DNA from: Ruditapes philippinarum
Taxonomy: Eukaryota
Assembly: GCF_026571515.1 (NCBI RefSeq)
Contig: NW_026866660.1
Span: 1-64,000 of the forward strand
Length of the DNA stretch: 64,000 nucleotides
Reading direction: 5' to 3'
The stretch's first letter is position 1. Every line of letters begins with the position of its first letter. The position numbers were made by a program, and so were the translations under genes. The notes under the pieces are model-generated. The model worked only from the letters and a program-made list of their open reading frames with translations. It was not told the origin of the DNA and searched no databases. Shown here in pieces: positions 42,304 through 55,332 of the stretch.

Positions 42304-43869
42304 AAGGTTATATAAGAACATGTTAAGAAATCTATTTTGACACCTCTAACCTTGACCAACTGACTCATTAACTCATTGCAAATTAGATCAAGAAAACCAT
42401 GCAAGGTATCTCCTTACCAGTAAAGAAAGGATGTGTGGGCAAACATTGAAAAAAATCTACTAATATTTCACGCAGTGGTGACATTTAACTCAATCCAAAG
42501 ACCACACCAATTATCATTCTACGAAATATGAAAAATATCAGTCTGAAAATACAGGATGTATCAGCAAATTTGTACAAATCTATTATTTGCACATTAACCC
42601 CTAAGACAATCCAAAAGAAGTAGACATGCACGTTATCTTCCTACCATAGACATAATTGTGTCAAAATTATTACATGTACGGGCCAAAGTGTAAAAATCTC
42701 TGTTTAGCAAAAGTGACATTGACCTTGACCTAAATGATCCCTGACTAAAACAGACGAGATACCCCATACTACACAGAAAGAGGATTATTGAAGGCATCCA
42801 CCTACCAAATTTAAGATAGCAAATAATCAAGAGAGATTTTACTTAAAGATAAATCCAACTGGTCGGGATAGCTTTACCATACAAGGCCCTATTTTTAGAA
42901 TTATAGAAATGGAAATAACCGGGAAAATGAATTGCAAAGTAATATATGTGGAAATTATAAAACCATTATTACAGATAGAGCTTAAAATATATCCAACTTA
43001 TTATTTTGGTTGACATTATCCATTTTTAAGTGCTGAAAATGGCAAAATGGAAGCCATGTTAGTTACCAACCCAGATCATGTAACTCTATAATGATAAGCA
43101 ACTGTGTAAAATTATGAGGGTATTGGCACAGATAGAACTCAAGATAAATCCAACAAGCCGACATAGTTAACTTCATATGGACAGATATGAGACAGAATTG
43201 GGATAAAAGTTTCTATTGTTTTGTTGTTTTTTTTCTTTTGTTTAACATAATACCATTGGCCCCTTCCTCAATCATTACTGACTAAACTGTATTGTTCTCT
43301 TCCGTTTTGTTTACAGTTAGATGGTCACCTTTCCATATCTGTAAAAACAAAAACTATATGCCTCCCCATTTTGATAAGCAACGCTATAGAACAACATTTC
43401 TCATGAAAATTCTAAGTTCAATGGGGAAATTATGATAATTTTGGTGCTAAAGTTGTGAACCTTAATACATATGGTGTGTTGACAATCAGAAACATATATT
43501 TGAAGTTTGAACAAGGAATTAAACTAGAAATTATTTTAAGAAAAATAAGAAGTTATAGTGAAAACTAGTTTACTGCGTAAAACTTCAATCAGAAATCTGG
43601 ACGCGGTCGCCCACTGAGCGAGTAATTCAACTCACAACATACTCTGTCAAGCCGAGCATAAATCTCAAAACCGCCATCTTACTGTAGAGGTAGTTAAGTT
43701 TCATAAAAATATTTTCAATTCGTTTTAATACAGATCACAAATATTGTGTGTTTTTTTTGCAACATTAAAGTACTTGATGCCATAGCAACCGCATTTTTCA
43801 ACATAGAGAGAAAAAATATTACATATAAAGTCTCCAGACTACAATCTTTCTATATTTCAAGATACAAAG

Positions 43870-44455
43870 ACAAGAGGGCCGAGATGGTCCTAGATCGCTC
43901 ACCTGACCCATCTAACTCATCCGAGCAAAAAACTTAGACAATTTTGTTTGTTTGGGTTTTCGTCATACCGACACAGTATAGGTCATTTGGCGACGTTCCA
44001 TCTTTACTGGTACAAGACGACCTCAGGTGCCCTTCCATGCATTATTCCAGGCACAAAACTAAGACAAGCATCATGACCAAGTTTAATGACAATTGAGTAA
44101 AACAAGTGACCACTAGAGTGTTAACAGGTTTTTCCATATTTGACCCCCAGATGACCCAGATTCGAAATTACCTAGAAATCATCAAAACAAACTTTCAGAC
44201 CAATTTTAAGATATTTGGATCAAAACAATAGCCACAAGAATGTTGACAAGATTTTTCTATTTTAGCTCCTGTGACCTAGTTTTCCATCCGAGATGACCCA
44301 TGTTCGAATTCATCAGAGAAATTACCTAGACACGCATCCTGACAGTTTGATGATGATCGAGGCAAAAATGTGACTTTTAAAGTGTTAACAACAAATGTGG
44401 ACGGACGCAGAGGATCCAAAAAGCTCAGTCTAAGCAAGCTCACGTTAGCTAAAAA
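43870..44455 (+). mobile_element. Degenerate HINE-like element with a nested antisense SINE 3' fragment (43942-44056)
   Basis: ACAAGAGGGCC..GATCGCTCACCTGA start, TGACCC repeats, GGACGGAC, AGCTAAAAA end; the insert has a (TTTG)n tail and matches the SINE at 3410-3655. Confidence 0.55.
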
Positions 44456-45309
44456 GGGGCATTAAAATTTACACGTATTACTGGTATGAAACTTAACATA
44501 GACAGTCGCTTTGTGATTTTGCTTAGTAGTTACGTCAACGTATAAAGTTAATATATCTACCAGTTCTTCAGATGGGATGTGCCACAAATGAAAATAGTAA
44601 AATTATAAAATATCGAAAAGAAATTGTAAATAATAATATTTTTATATATTTATGTGTGTTATGTGTGTATGTAATTCATAATACTGTTTTTTTTTTTTTT
44701 TTTTTTTTTTTGTAATAAATGCTTTGTTTTAAGTTACATGATCTGGCTTGAAATCATAATCATATTGTTGATTATCTATTAAACTGCTTAGGTGTGAAGA
44801 GCCATAAAGCATATTTAAAGTAAAGTTACTTTTCTCAAATAGCCTATATATTGTCATATCTGAGTGTTGACTACCAGTATCAAATGTTATTATCTCTTAT
44901 AGCATTGAGCAACACATATAATTTTAATGTAAGATGGCCTAATTTGACTTAAATTTACACAGCCCCTTTTTCAACCTTTCATCAACATGTTTGTATATTA
45001 ACAACTGCCTTATATTAACATATTATGCATATAATGTTTAGAATCATGATAACACTGGGGTCTTATTGGGATTTTATCCTTTCTATATGATTAAGTATTA
45101 CCCGGACATGTGCACCTATGTAACTTTGAAGTTTTACTTTTCAGTTTTGCCCTATATTATTTTATTGAAAATTAAATTTTAACAAAAGTAAGGTTATAAA
45201 GTGATTGAACTATTCCTGAAGGTAACTATGGACCAAACAACTTGAAAAATCCAGTATTTGGTATAGACATGTATAAAGCCATACAATAATGTATTTAAAT
45301 CCATATTCT

Positions 45310-45659
45310 CCCTTAAAGGTTAAAATATCCATCTCAATATTCACCCTTGAAGGTTAAAATATCCATCTCAATATTCACCCTTAAAGGTTTAAATATCCAT
45401 CTCAATATTCACCCTTAAAGGTTTAAATATCCATCTCAATATTCACCCTTGAAGGTTAAAATATCCATCTCAATATTCACCCTTGAAGGTTAAAATATCC
45501 ATCTCAATATTCACCCTTAAAGGTTTGAATGTCCATCTCAATATTCACCCTTGAAGGTTAAAATATCCATCTCAATATTCACCCTTGAAGATTAAAATAT
45601 CCATCTCAATATTCACCCTTGAAGGTTAAAATATCCATCTCAATATTCACCCTTGAAGG
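45310..45659. repeat. 34-bp minisatellite, about 10 near-identical copies
   Basis: Unit CCCTT[GA]AAGGTT[AT]AAATATCCATCTCAATATTCA, head to tail with no spacers. Confidence 0.95.
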
Positions 45660-47399
45660 CTTAATTAAAATATCTAACTTGCAATAAGGAAATTTGTGAT
45701 TCTTCTAATCTGTTTATTTATAAAAATATAATAAAAGAGTTTTAATGGCTAGAAAAGCACATTGCTAATAACAATTTTGATTAAATACAGCTATTATAGT
45801 CTATAAACTATGATAGAAAGAACAAAACAAGCAATATGGTAAACACGACTTCCCCTAAATATACAGAAAAAGTAGAATCCTTAAAGAAAACACTGAAAAC
45901 AGTAAAAACTTTTAAAAAAGAACCAGTCTCAGTTTGAATGTAGTGGTTATATACTTATAACAGCTTAAATTAATCCATTGTTTAAATGCTTGCATAAATC
46001 ATGGTCTTTCAAAAGGAATTTATTTGAAAGACCCGTACTAATTTCCAGGGATACTTCTGATACATTGGTTTAATTGAAGTTTGATAGCAATCAATTTAGG
46101 GTTATTTACAATGAATGTTTTAATTTATGTTTATTTATAACCTCTATGCCCCATGATTTTATACAATATTAAAATGCAACTAGTCTATAGACAATGTTTA
46201 AATGGTTGGGCTGTTGGACTGTATTAAAAAGATTTCTGGTGCTGAGGTATGGTATTTTGAGAGTCCTTGGCTTGAGTCCCAGTCAGGCTTTATATTCTTC
46301 TCCCCCTTTGATATAAATGGATATTTCCAGTTTATCAATGATTTATTTAATCAAATTTGTGAAAAAAATAATGTCAATAAATTTAACATATGACTTCTTT
46401 TGTATGAAGCAAGTAGGAACTTGCCAACACTAAATTGTCAGCATGTAGACTGAAGCCCTTAATCAATTTCTTTCTTGTAACCAGTGTGAGTTTTATGCCA
46501 CATGACCTGTAAGAATTTACATATGTGTAATACCACAGGGGTATTTCCTTTAGGACTACTAAAACAAGAAGTAAGAAACGCAAATACATATAGTCCTATC
46601 CAATGTTCACAGGTCGTGGGATTGGCAGACAGTACCAAGTAGGACCGTATCAAGGGTGAGCTTAGATCAAAAATGTCATCAATTTTTTGGACACTGGCAG
46701 ACAGTGATATTCAACCCCCCACCCGTTAGATCAGTTAGGAAAAATTGTCCCTGGGTCTTCTTATTTAAATTTGCTTTCTTGCGAAAGCGAAAGTAGGTCT
46801 TAGAGGACTAAATATTTTATAGAAAATATAAAGAAGGAAAATATTAGCGATTAATGCTTACTAATCTGGAATATATACCAGTGATTATAGATGTATAATA
46901 TAGCACATTTATAAATATATAAATTGGATAATGTCATATAAATTTCATCGTAGTTTAATATAAACAGTTTTTGGAGTTCCTCACTTCTCCCAATCAATGA
47001 TGGAGCATGAGGTTAAGTGGTCTCCTCATTTTCCCAATTTTGCACAATTACAATGGCGGCCACAAAATGAAAGTTAAAGATCGAAATAAAGACAGCGTTT
47101 AATAAATATTATCATAATGCTTAATCTAAACCCTTAAAAATCTGCATGTCTAGCAATCATTTATTAAATCAAAAGGGTAAAATACCACAGACTAATATAT
47201 CAGAATGTTTTTAAGCACTTTATTGTCTGCGTGCTTAAAATCTAGCATTTTAGGTGAGCATTTATTGCTTTGCGCCTACGTATTGTGCACATAATCGTCA
47301 ACCGAAACGTTCATCCAACTATATACACACATTTCCAAATCAAAGATTTGTACAATTTGAAATATTTATTTCACCTGACAAAAAACAGTCCAATCATAT

Positions 47400-50050
47400 G
47401 GGGACCGGTAAAGTGTCTGGTATTTTAACTGATGCAGCTATAAGTTGTGATCTTATAAAGAAAAACGTTAATCATAGGAAGTCTAAGAAAAACAATAAGA
47501 TTTGGTTTGAGAGTGATTGTAAAAATCCTCGTATTCAATATATGAATTATAAAAACATGTATAGCAGGAACCCTACTGCAGAAAATAAAGCTAGTTTAGT
47601 TTGTAGTAGCCGACAGTATAAAATAGAAGTTAAGAAAAAGTTTAGAGCATATCAGAAAAGCATTGTTGATAAAATTAAAGGTTTAAAAAATAAAGATCCT
47701 AGATCTTATTGGAGTCTATTGAACAAATATTCAGGTGAGCGGAAGGAAGTTATTAACAAAGTAACAACTGAGGCTTTTTTTTATCATTTTAGTAAATTGA
47801 ATGAGGTTGACACTCAAGTTGACATTGATGACTTTGATATAACTAATGTCTCGTCAAATAACTCTGATTTAGATAAACCATTTACTGTATTAGAAATACG
47901 TAAAGCTATTATTTCACTGAAAAACAATAAAGCATCATCTTCCTTTGATCATGTATTGAATGAATATCTGAAGAATGTACCCGACAGCATGTTTGATGTG
48001 TTTTGTTATTTGTTTAATATTATTTTAGATTCTGGAATTTTTCCTGAAGTTTGGAGTAAAGGGATTATTTTACCAATATACAAAAACAAGGGTAACATAG
48101 ACGACCCAGATAATTTTAGGGGAATTACTATACTTAGTTGTTTTGGGAAACTTTTCACAAATGTTCTAAACTCTAGACTCAATAATTTTTTAGAAAGTAA
48201 TAATATTCTCTGTGAAGAACAAGCTGGATTTAGGAAAAAGTATAGCACTACTGATCATATATTTTCTCTGAAAACTTTGATTGATTTATATCTGTCTAAA
48301 GGTAAAAAGTTATATTGTTCTTTTATTGATTATAGAAAGGCTTTTGATAGCATAAATAGAACTGCATTTTGGCAGAAATTAATTAGCAATAATGTTGATT
48401 GTAAATGTATAAAGATCATTTATAACATGTATTTACAAGCTAAATCTTTTGTTAAAATTAATTCTTTTAGTCATATGTCGGAATTTTTTACAAGTCATAC
48501 AGGCGTTTGTCAGGGTGAAAATTTATCTCCCATATTGTTTTCTTTATTTTTAAATGATTTAAACTACATTTCCTGTATTTCCTGTCACAACATTTTAATG
48601 GTCTGGATCTACTATCAAACATTGTAAATGATACCCTGAGTGATTCTGATGTTGAAATGTATTTTAAATTGTATATTCTTTTATATGCTGATGACACTGT
48701 TATATTTGCTGAGTCTGCTGAAGAACTGCAAAAAGCACTAGATGCAATGTCAAATTATTGTCAATTATGGCATTTACAAGTTAATCCTTGTAAAACTAAA
48801 ATTGTTGTTTTTTGTAAAAGTAAAAGAGGTTTATGTAATATTCCAGCCTTTAGTTTTGAAGGTAATTTGCTAGAAATTGTTGATGATTTTTCATATCTGG
48901 GTGTTAAGTTCTCTTATAATGGTAAATTTGCTAAAACAAAGAATCATTTATTAGAACAGGCAAGAAAGGCTATGTTTTCAATTATAGTTAAGGCTAGAAA
49001 ATTGGATTTGCCTATCAGTATGCAAATTCATTTATTTGATAGCATGGTAGCACCTAAATTGTTATATGGTAGCGAAGTGTGGGGGATTGAAAATGTGAAT
49101 ATCATCGATAGATTTCAATTAAAATTTTATAAACTCATATTAAATTTGAAACAAAGTACTCCAAATTGTATGCTTTATGGAGATTTAGGGATATTACCTT
49201 TATCTATTCATATAAAAAGTAGAGTTTTGTGCTTTTGGAATAAGATTTTAAGTAGCAAACAAGAATCAATAAGCCACACATTGTATGATATGTCACACTC
49301 TTTGTATTGTAGAAATGTGTTGAAACTCCCATGGATGAATAGTGTTTGTAAATTATTAGATTCACTGGGTTTATCAAATTTTTGGATTAATAATGTTGCC
49401 ACTTCTCTTCTATTGTTTAAGAAAATTGTTAAAAATAGACTGAAAGGTCAGTTCATTCAAAATTGGCATAGTGAAATGTCACAATCAAGTTAATGTCTGA
49501 ATTATAGAATGTACAAAAGTGAATTCAGATTTGAAAAGTATTTAGATATTTTACCATCTCATTTAGCTTTGGTACTATTGCGCTTTAGATGTATGAACCA
49601 TAAAATGCCTATTGAGTCTGGTAGACTTTGTAATATACCAAGAGAATTAAGAGTGTGTAATTTATGCAACAATAGCTCACTTTGTGATGAATATCATTAT
49701 TTATTTAATTGTCAATTATTTAATACTGATAGAAAAAAATATATTACTAGAGAGTATAGTACTAATGTTAATTCAATCAAGTTTTCTATGTTAATGAATA
49801 GCACAGATAGGAGTATATTGTTAAAACTTGCAGTATTCTGTAAAAAAATTATTTCAGCATTTAAGTAACTGATAATTAAGCTTATTTTCATAATGTAACA
49901 TTTTCATTTTTGATTTATATTTGCCATGTAATACATCAGCATATTTCGTGGATATCTCTTTATATGTCATACTTTATGTATATATTATTGTATATGTGAC
50001 TGATGCCTCTATGAGGCCCAGCATTTTCAATAAACTGTTCAAACTGTTCA
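47400..50050 (+). mobile_element. 5'-truncated non-LTR retrotransposon (RTE-X-like), ORF2 reverse transcriptase disrupted
   Basis: RT motifs PIYKNKG..PDNFRGIT, EEQAGFR, FIDYRKAFDSI, GVCQGENLSPILF and LLYADD; C-terminal CxxC..EYH..C knuckle. Frameshift near 48570-48650 and stop at 49491-49493; no endonuclease domain. 3' end AATAAA overlapping (AAACTGTTC)2. Clade assignment is inference. Confidence 0.9.
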
Positions 50051-50807
50051 GGATATTACCACTTTATGCACATATAAGCAATCACAGTACAGGCATTCAA
50101 ATCAACCATCACCATGCCTCTACAGGTCTCGATATATATGAATTAATTCATCAATCAATCTTTGAACAAAGATTTAAATTTTGACCTTTTGTAAATATTT
50201 TTAATCAGTGGCCACACATAATTTTTGAGTGTTACAATAGATCAGATAACCAGACCCATTCCCAGTGGCAATGGCAATTTGGCAAATTATGCTTATTGTT
50301 CCCCAAATTTGGAAAGAAAAATGTCCCTATTAAACTGAAATTCTTGAAATCAAAACTGACAAATTGATACAGTTTATTCCACAGTGACAAATTGATACAG
50401 TTTATTCCACAGGCACAAGTATCGGACCTGGGAAGAAAAAAATATGCCCGGATTGATAAAAAAAAACTGTGTTCATCTTAAAAGTGTCATAAACCAAAAA
50501 AATGAAAATTATGACCTTCTTTTAAAATATACTATAAGTTAAAAAAAAAGCCGGAAACTCCAGATTCGAGCCTACGAGCAAGTGATTCATTTCCCGGGCT
50601 GATGTGAAAACAATTGGCCAGACAATTAAAAAATACCTTTTTCACTATTTTCGCGAATTCGTGCTAAAAATCTTTGGTAGACAAAATTGCGGCACAACGA
50701 TTCGGTACGTAAACATAGACTAATACATGTTTGTCAGCTGAGTACCGGTCAAAATCACTTGAATTTACTAAATAATATTACTAAATACATTAAGTTAGAC
50801 CACTCAC

Positions 50808-51042
50808 AACCGTCAGTAGCATCTGATACCTGTAAGCGAAATTAGAATTTCAAACCTTTCCACGGACTTAAAGTTCCTTTCTAAGCCAATCTCAATCAGC
50901 TTTTTATATTTTGTAACTGGAAAAATATTTTAACCATAATTAAAATGTATTGTAAATAGTGAAAAACATTCCTGCCACAGTTTAAAGATACAAAATACTC
51001 ACCTGACTCGAAGTGTAACAGACAGACAGGCATCTTCATCAT
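50808..51042 (-). other. Putative small 5' exons (about 51042-51003 and 50829-50808), possibly the 5' UTR of the zinc-finger gene
   Basis: Strong donors CAG|GTGAGT and GTT|GTGAGT and acceptor TTACAG|G; the spliced frame from the ATG stops quickly. Confidence 0.35.
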
Positions 51043-51259
51043 GGCGTATATAAATAAAAGGGCAGTAACTCCTGTATTTTAGTTATCCTAAATTATGTTG
51101 CAATATTTTTACAGTAAGTAATTGTTGTGCTTATGGTTATATAATTCGGGTCTGCTGCAGTCATTTTCTGTGTTTTTTCATTATTGTAACGGTAGTGTGG
51201 TGGTGTTGGTACTTTTAAGTCCTGATCACAGCAGTTATATATTTATAGAGAAAACAGGA

Positions 51260-52640
51260 ATCCCTAAAGAAAGCCCAACACGGCAAAATTGAAAATGTTG
51301 CATCGCGCCTGTTTATGGACGGTACTGTCAAATGCAAACTACCGTCCACGCCCCCTCGCATCGACTTAAGCAGAATTCAACATTTAACATGAAGTTAAAC
51401 TGGTACAATTTTGAAACATCCGCAGATGTGTTCATATGGCAGTCATCATGGTAGAATCTTCAATGTGACACGTAAGTGCCATTCCATGAAAAGTGGCATA
51501 TGATCCCCAATTAAAAAAATGCGTGTGCCCTAAACGAGAAAACAATGGGCGGAAATAAATAAAATGGAATTCTGAAAGGGGATCTGAGGTTATGAAGCCT
51601 GCATAACACAGATAAGACGTCAAAAGCAAAATATATAAAAGCAGGCCACATATCCTAAGGGTGATTCAACAGTATTCAAGTGAGGAATACTGGAACCACG
51701 CAACAAGAAATAGCCGAATAGAAAGCACTAAATAATACTACCACAAGCACAACAATAATGTCGTTCTTAACGATCTTTAAGGATCAAAAATAATATATCT
51801 GATTGCATGTATGGGGCGACTTTTAACAGCCTCCACACGACACAGACATCGCTGATGTGGCAATAAAATAGAGAAAACAAGAATCCCCAAAGAAAACCCA
51901 ACAGGGCAAATTGAAACTGTTCCAGGTTCGATATGATTGAGCCTATTCATGGACAGTACTGTCAAGTGCAAACTAACGTCCACGCCGCCTAGCACCGGCT
52001 TAAGCCAAATTCAACATTTATCATGGACTGGTACAATTTTGAAAACTTCCGGAGATGTGTTCATATGGCGTTTATCGTGAAACCTTCAATGTCACACGTA
52101 AGTGCCATTCCATGAAAAGTGGCATATGGTCCCCAAGTAAAAAATGCGTGTGCCCTAAACGAGAAAACAATGGGTGGAACTAAATAAAATGGAATTTTTA
52201 AAGGAGATCAGGTTATGAAGCTTGCAAATCACAAATAAGACGTCAAAAGACAAATTTAAAAAGCAGGTAACATATCCTAAGGGTGATTCAACAGTATTCA
52301 AGTGAGGAATACTGGTACCACGAATAAAAAATAGCCAAATAGAAAGAACTAAATTACTAAAATGACAACAATAATGTCGTGCTGAACGATCTTTAAGGAT
52401 CAGAAACATAACATCTCTGATTGAAAGTACGGGGCGACTTTTTACAGCCTTCACACGGCACAGACAACGCTGATGTGGCAATAAAATAGAGTAAACAAGA
52501 ATCCCTAAAGAAAGCGCAACAATGCAAACTACCGTCAACGCCCCATAAACATCAACAGATGTGTTCAAATGGCGGTTATAATGGAACCTTAAATCTGACA
52601 CATTAGTGTCATTCCATGAAAAGTGGCATATTGTCACAAA
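51260..52640 (-). repeat. Tandem array (two copies of about 630 bp plus a partial third) of repeat family R1
   Basis: TGGTACAATTTTGAAA..CATTCCATGAAAAGTGGCATA..ATGCGTGTGCCCTAAACGAG at about 51401 and 52030, partial at about 52555-52630. Confidence 0.8.
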
Positions 52641-53727
52641 GTAAAATCAAAGGGCTGCATGCTCTGTGGTATTTTCTGATCTTTCCTGTATAAGTTTATT
52701 TTTATTTACTATTAATCATCTTACGCAGCGACTGCGTTTAACAGTTTGTGATTGATACATATGGAATTTTGCATGCTTAGAGTTGCATCAAAAATCATTT
52801 TTCATTTTTTATTACAGCCACACTTTATTCTTGCATATCGTGGCAACTTCCTTACAAAAGACACTAAAAAAATGTTGCCTCGACAAGGATTTTAACCTTA
52901 GGCCTCTCACACCCTAAACGAGCGCGCTACCTCTGCACCACAGTGAAGTAATACGTATGTAGCGTGAAAAATAACAAATATATTGTAATTCTAAAATTGA
53001 GAATTTTCATTTCGTATTTGTAATCCTTATTAATTTCGAGGTATTTTGTTCACGATAAACCTGTTGTTAAACACTGATGAAAATAATTTAACGAAAATCT
53101 TGTCGCCAAAACAGTCCGACATGTATATATTCCATTACTCGACAGTCAGATTTATTTGTGTACTACGCTCTGGAGTATTCGGTAATCGACATAGCTAAAA
53201 ATAGCATTTTCATTTATTAAGTTTTACGGAAATAGTCGAACATTTTTCATTGGGTAAAAAAAATATTCATGCGCGAAATTTGTGATTGTAACCTCATATT
53301 TCTATTGACTAATGTAAACTTTTAATGCACTGTAATTCGTTCAATGCCTACATTAAAAATTATTCTTTCTTTTTAATTGCTGGTTTTTAAGCAGTTTTGA
53401 GTGACAACTGCTTTGCGTTGTTAGGTCTGTGGGGAAATTTTGTGTTAGACCGTGGATGTTAGCTTTGCATTTACTGATCTTGCGATCAGAAAATACAAAA
53501 ATGCGTGTGCCCTAAACGAGGAAACAATAGGCCATTGAATTAACAAGAGCACAGTTCAACCACCGCATCATTATTGTAACGGTAAACTATACCTTAAATT
53601 AAATTTTAGATCTAGTCCATAATCTAATTTATCTATGTTTATTGTTGAATGAAATGACATTTTGTTTGTTAAACCGTTATTTGATATAATAATACATCAA
53701 TACATTTATATTTATGTAACTGTGACA

Positions 53728-53910
53728 TATGATTACCGCCGTATTAACACATCCGCAGATGTTCCTTAATTCAAAATTTCACCATTTTTGTGTTTTAATG
53801 TTGAATTCTGCTTAAGCCGGTGCTGGGGGAGGGGGCGTCGACGTTAACTTGCACTTTCCAATACCGTCCATGAACAGGCTCAACCAAACCAAACCTGCAA
53901 CATTTTACAA
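53728..53910 (+). repeat. Dispersed repeat family R1 copy upstream of gene C
   Basis: Colinear with 10220-10395. Confidence 0.75.
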
Positions 53911-55332
53911 TCTTCACCATTAACCCCCCCCCCCTCCACACACACACACGTGCATGGAAGCCAGAATGGACGTGCTTAAAGAATGTTAACACAACGCCTG
54001 AGTTCCAGCTATCATATCGCGCATTTCCAATTAGAAACATGGCGAATATAAACAATAACCCATAAGTGTGTATCAATAGCTTTTTATCTCAAATAAAATA
54101 GATAATATAAATATAAATATGCCCTTACAGCAGTGTAGATATGAATGATAGAGCTTGTACGCAAGTCACTGAGTAATACAGATTTATAATTATGTAGACA
54201 GAAATGTCATTTCTTTAATATTCTTTGTATTTTTGTTGATTCTTATTAGGACTACGAGTTAGAAGTTAAAAAGATGAAACAGTCATATCATACGTGAAAA
54301 ACGTGTTTAAATTTTCCATAAACATTGCATTATATTTAAAAAGTACTGTAAATTACCTGTTTTGTTCCGTTTTCGGATAACTCCTAATTTACTCCGTTTT
54401 CGATAAGTACACGACATGACATTGTTCCTTCAACAACGTGGTAATCCTCATTATAATTAAAAAGTTATTATGTCCAGGTCATCTCATGGTAAAAGTCTAT
54501 TTTGCCTTAACCCTCCACCCCTGTAAGATAAGTCGCGTGTTTTAAATGGTGCTTAAATATTATGAATGATTTGCGTTCTTAGGATGACATGATTTTGCTG
54601 TTATGAGTGAAATTGTAAATGCATACCCTACTATTGGAAAAAAAGCTAAATGAGAATTTTACTGAGTCCTTCCAAGTCAGTTGGCAAAATGATGTCAATA
54701 ATAATTTTTGATTCAGTTGGAACTATATTCAGTCTTATGGTATAACAGAGGCAACGTCTGTACTGACTGCAAGTTTAAATTACGGACAATTTTGTTAACA
54801 ATACTTTATATATAGTACATGTAATAGTTACCTTACGAGAAATAGTCTGTATTGTTTTGTCAAACCAGTGTTGCCATTTGAAAAAAAATGTATGTGCATA
54901 CTTTTAATCATTGTTTTTTTAAACAGTACTTTCTATGTAAATGTCAATAGATTTAAAAGTCATATAGAACTTTTTTAACAAATGATTAAAACATTTATCA
55001 AGCTGAATCTTCTGCAACTTTCAATACCATTGGTCAAAAGTAATTTACCGCAAATCAGATTTTAAGTATAGAGATTATTTTGTACTTAATCGTAAATCGT
55101 AAACTGGTTGTTATGCACCTTGGTGCACAGTAATTGACTACTGAAATAATATGAATAATTTAATCAGTCCATAGGTACATGTTTTATGATAACATTTAAT
55201 TAAATGTTACTTTGATCAATATATTTGGGGCATTATGTACATGAACAAATACGGTTTGATAATTGTTGAATAAATATTATCACTTCACTGGTTTCATAAT
55301 GATATAAAGAGGAAGTTTTGTATTGTTTAACT

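Noticed and set aside
45310-45659. 34-bp repeats of CRISPR-like length
   Set aside because: Head-to-tail units with no unique spacers, no cas genes, and a eukaryotic context.
50357-50412. 28-bp direct repeat (also an 18-bp repeat at 29311-29349)
   Set aside because: Simple local slippage duplications with no intervening element.
52155-52637. 160-aa minus-strand ORF
   Set aside because: Lies in the R1 tandem repeat; the frame is not preserved in the sister copy and no domain is recognisable.
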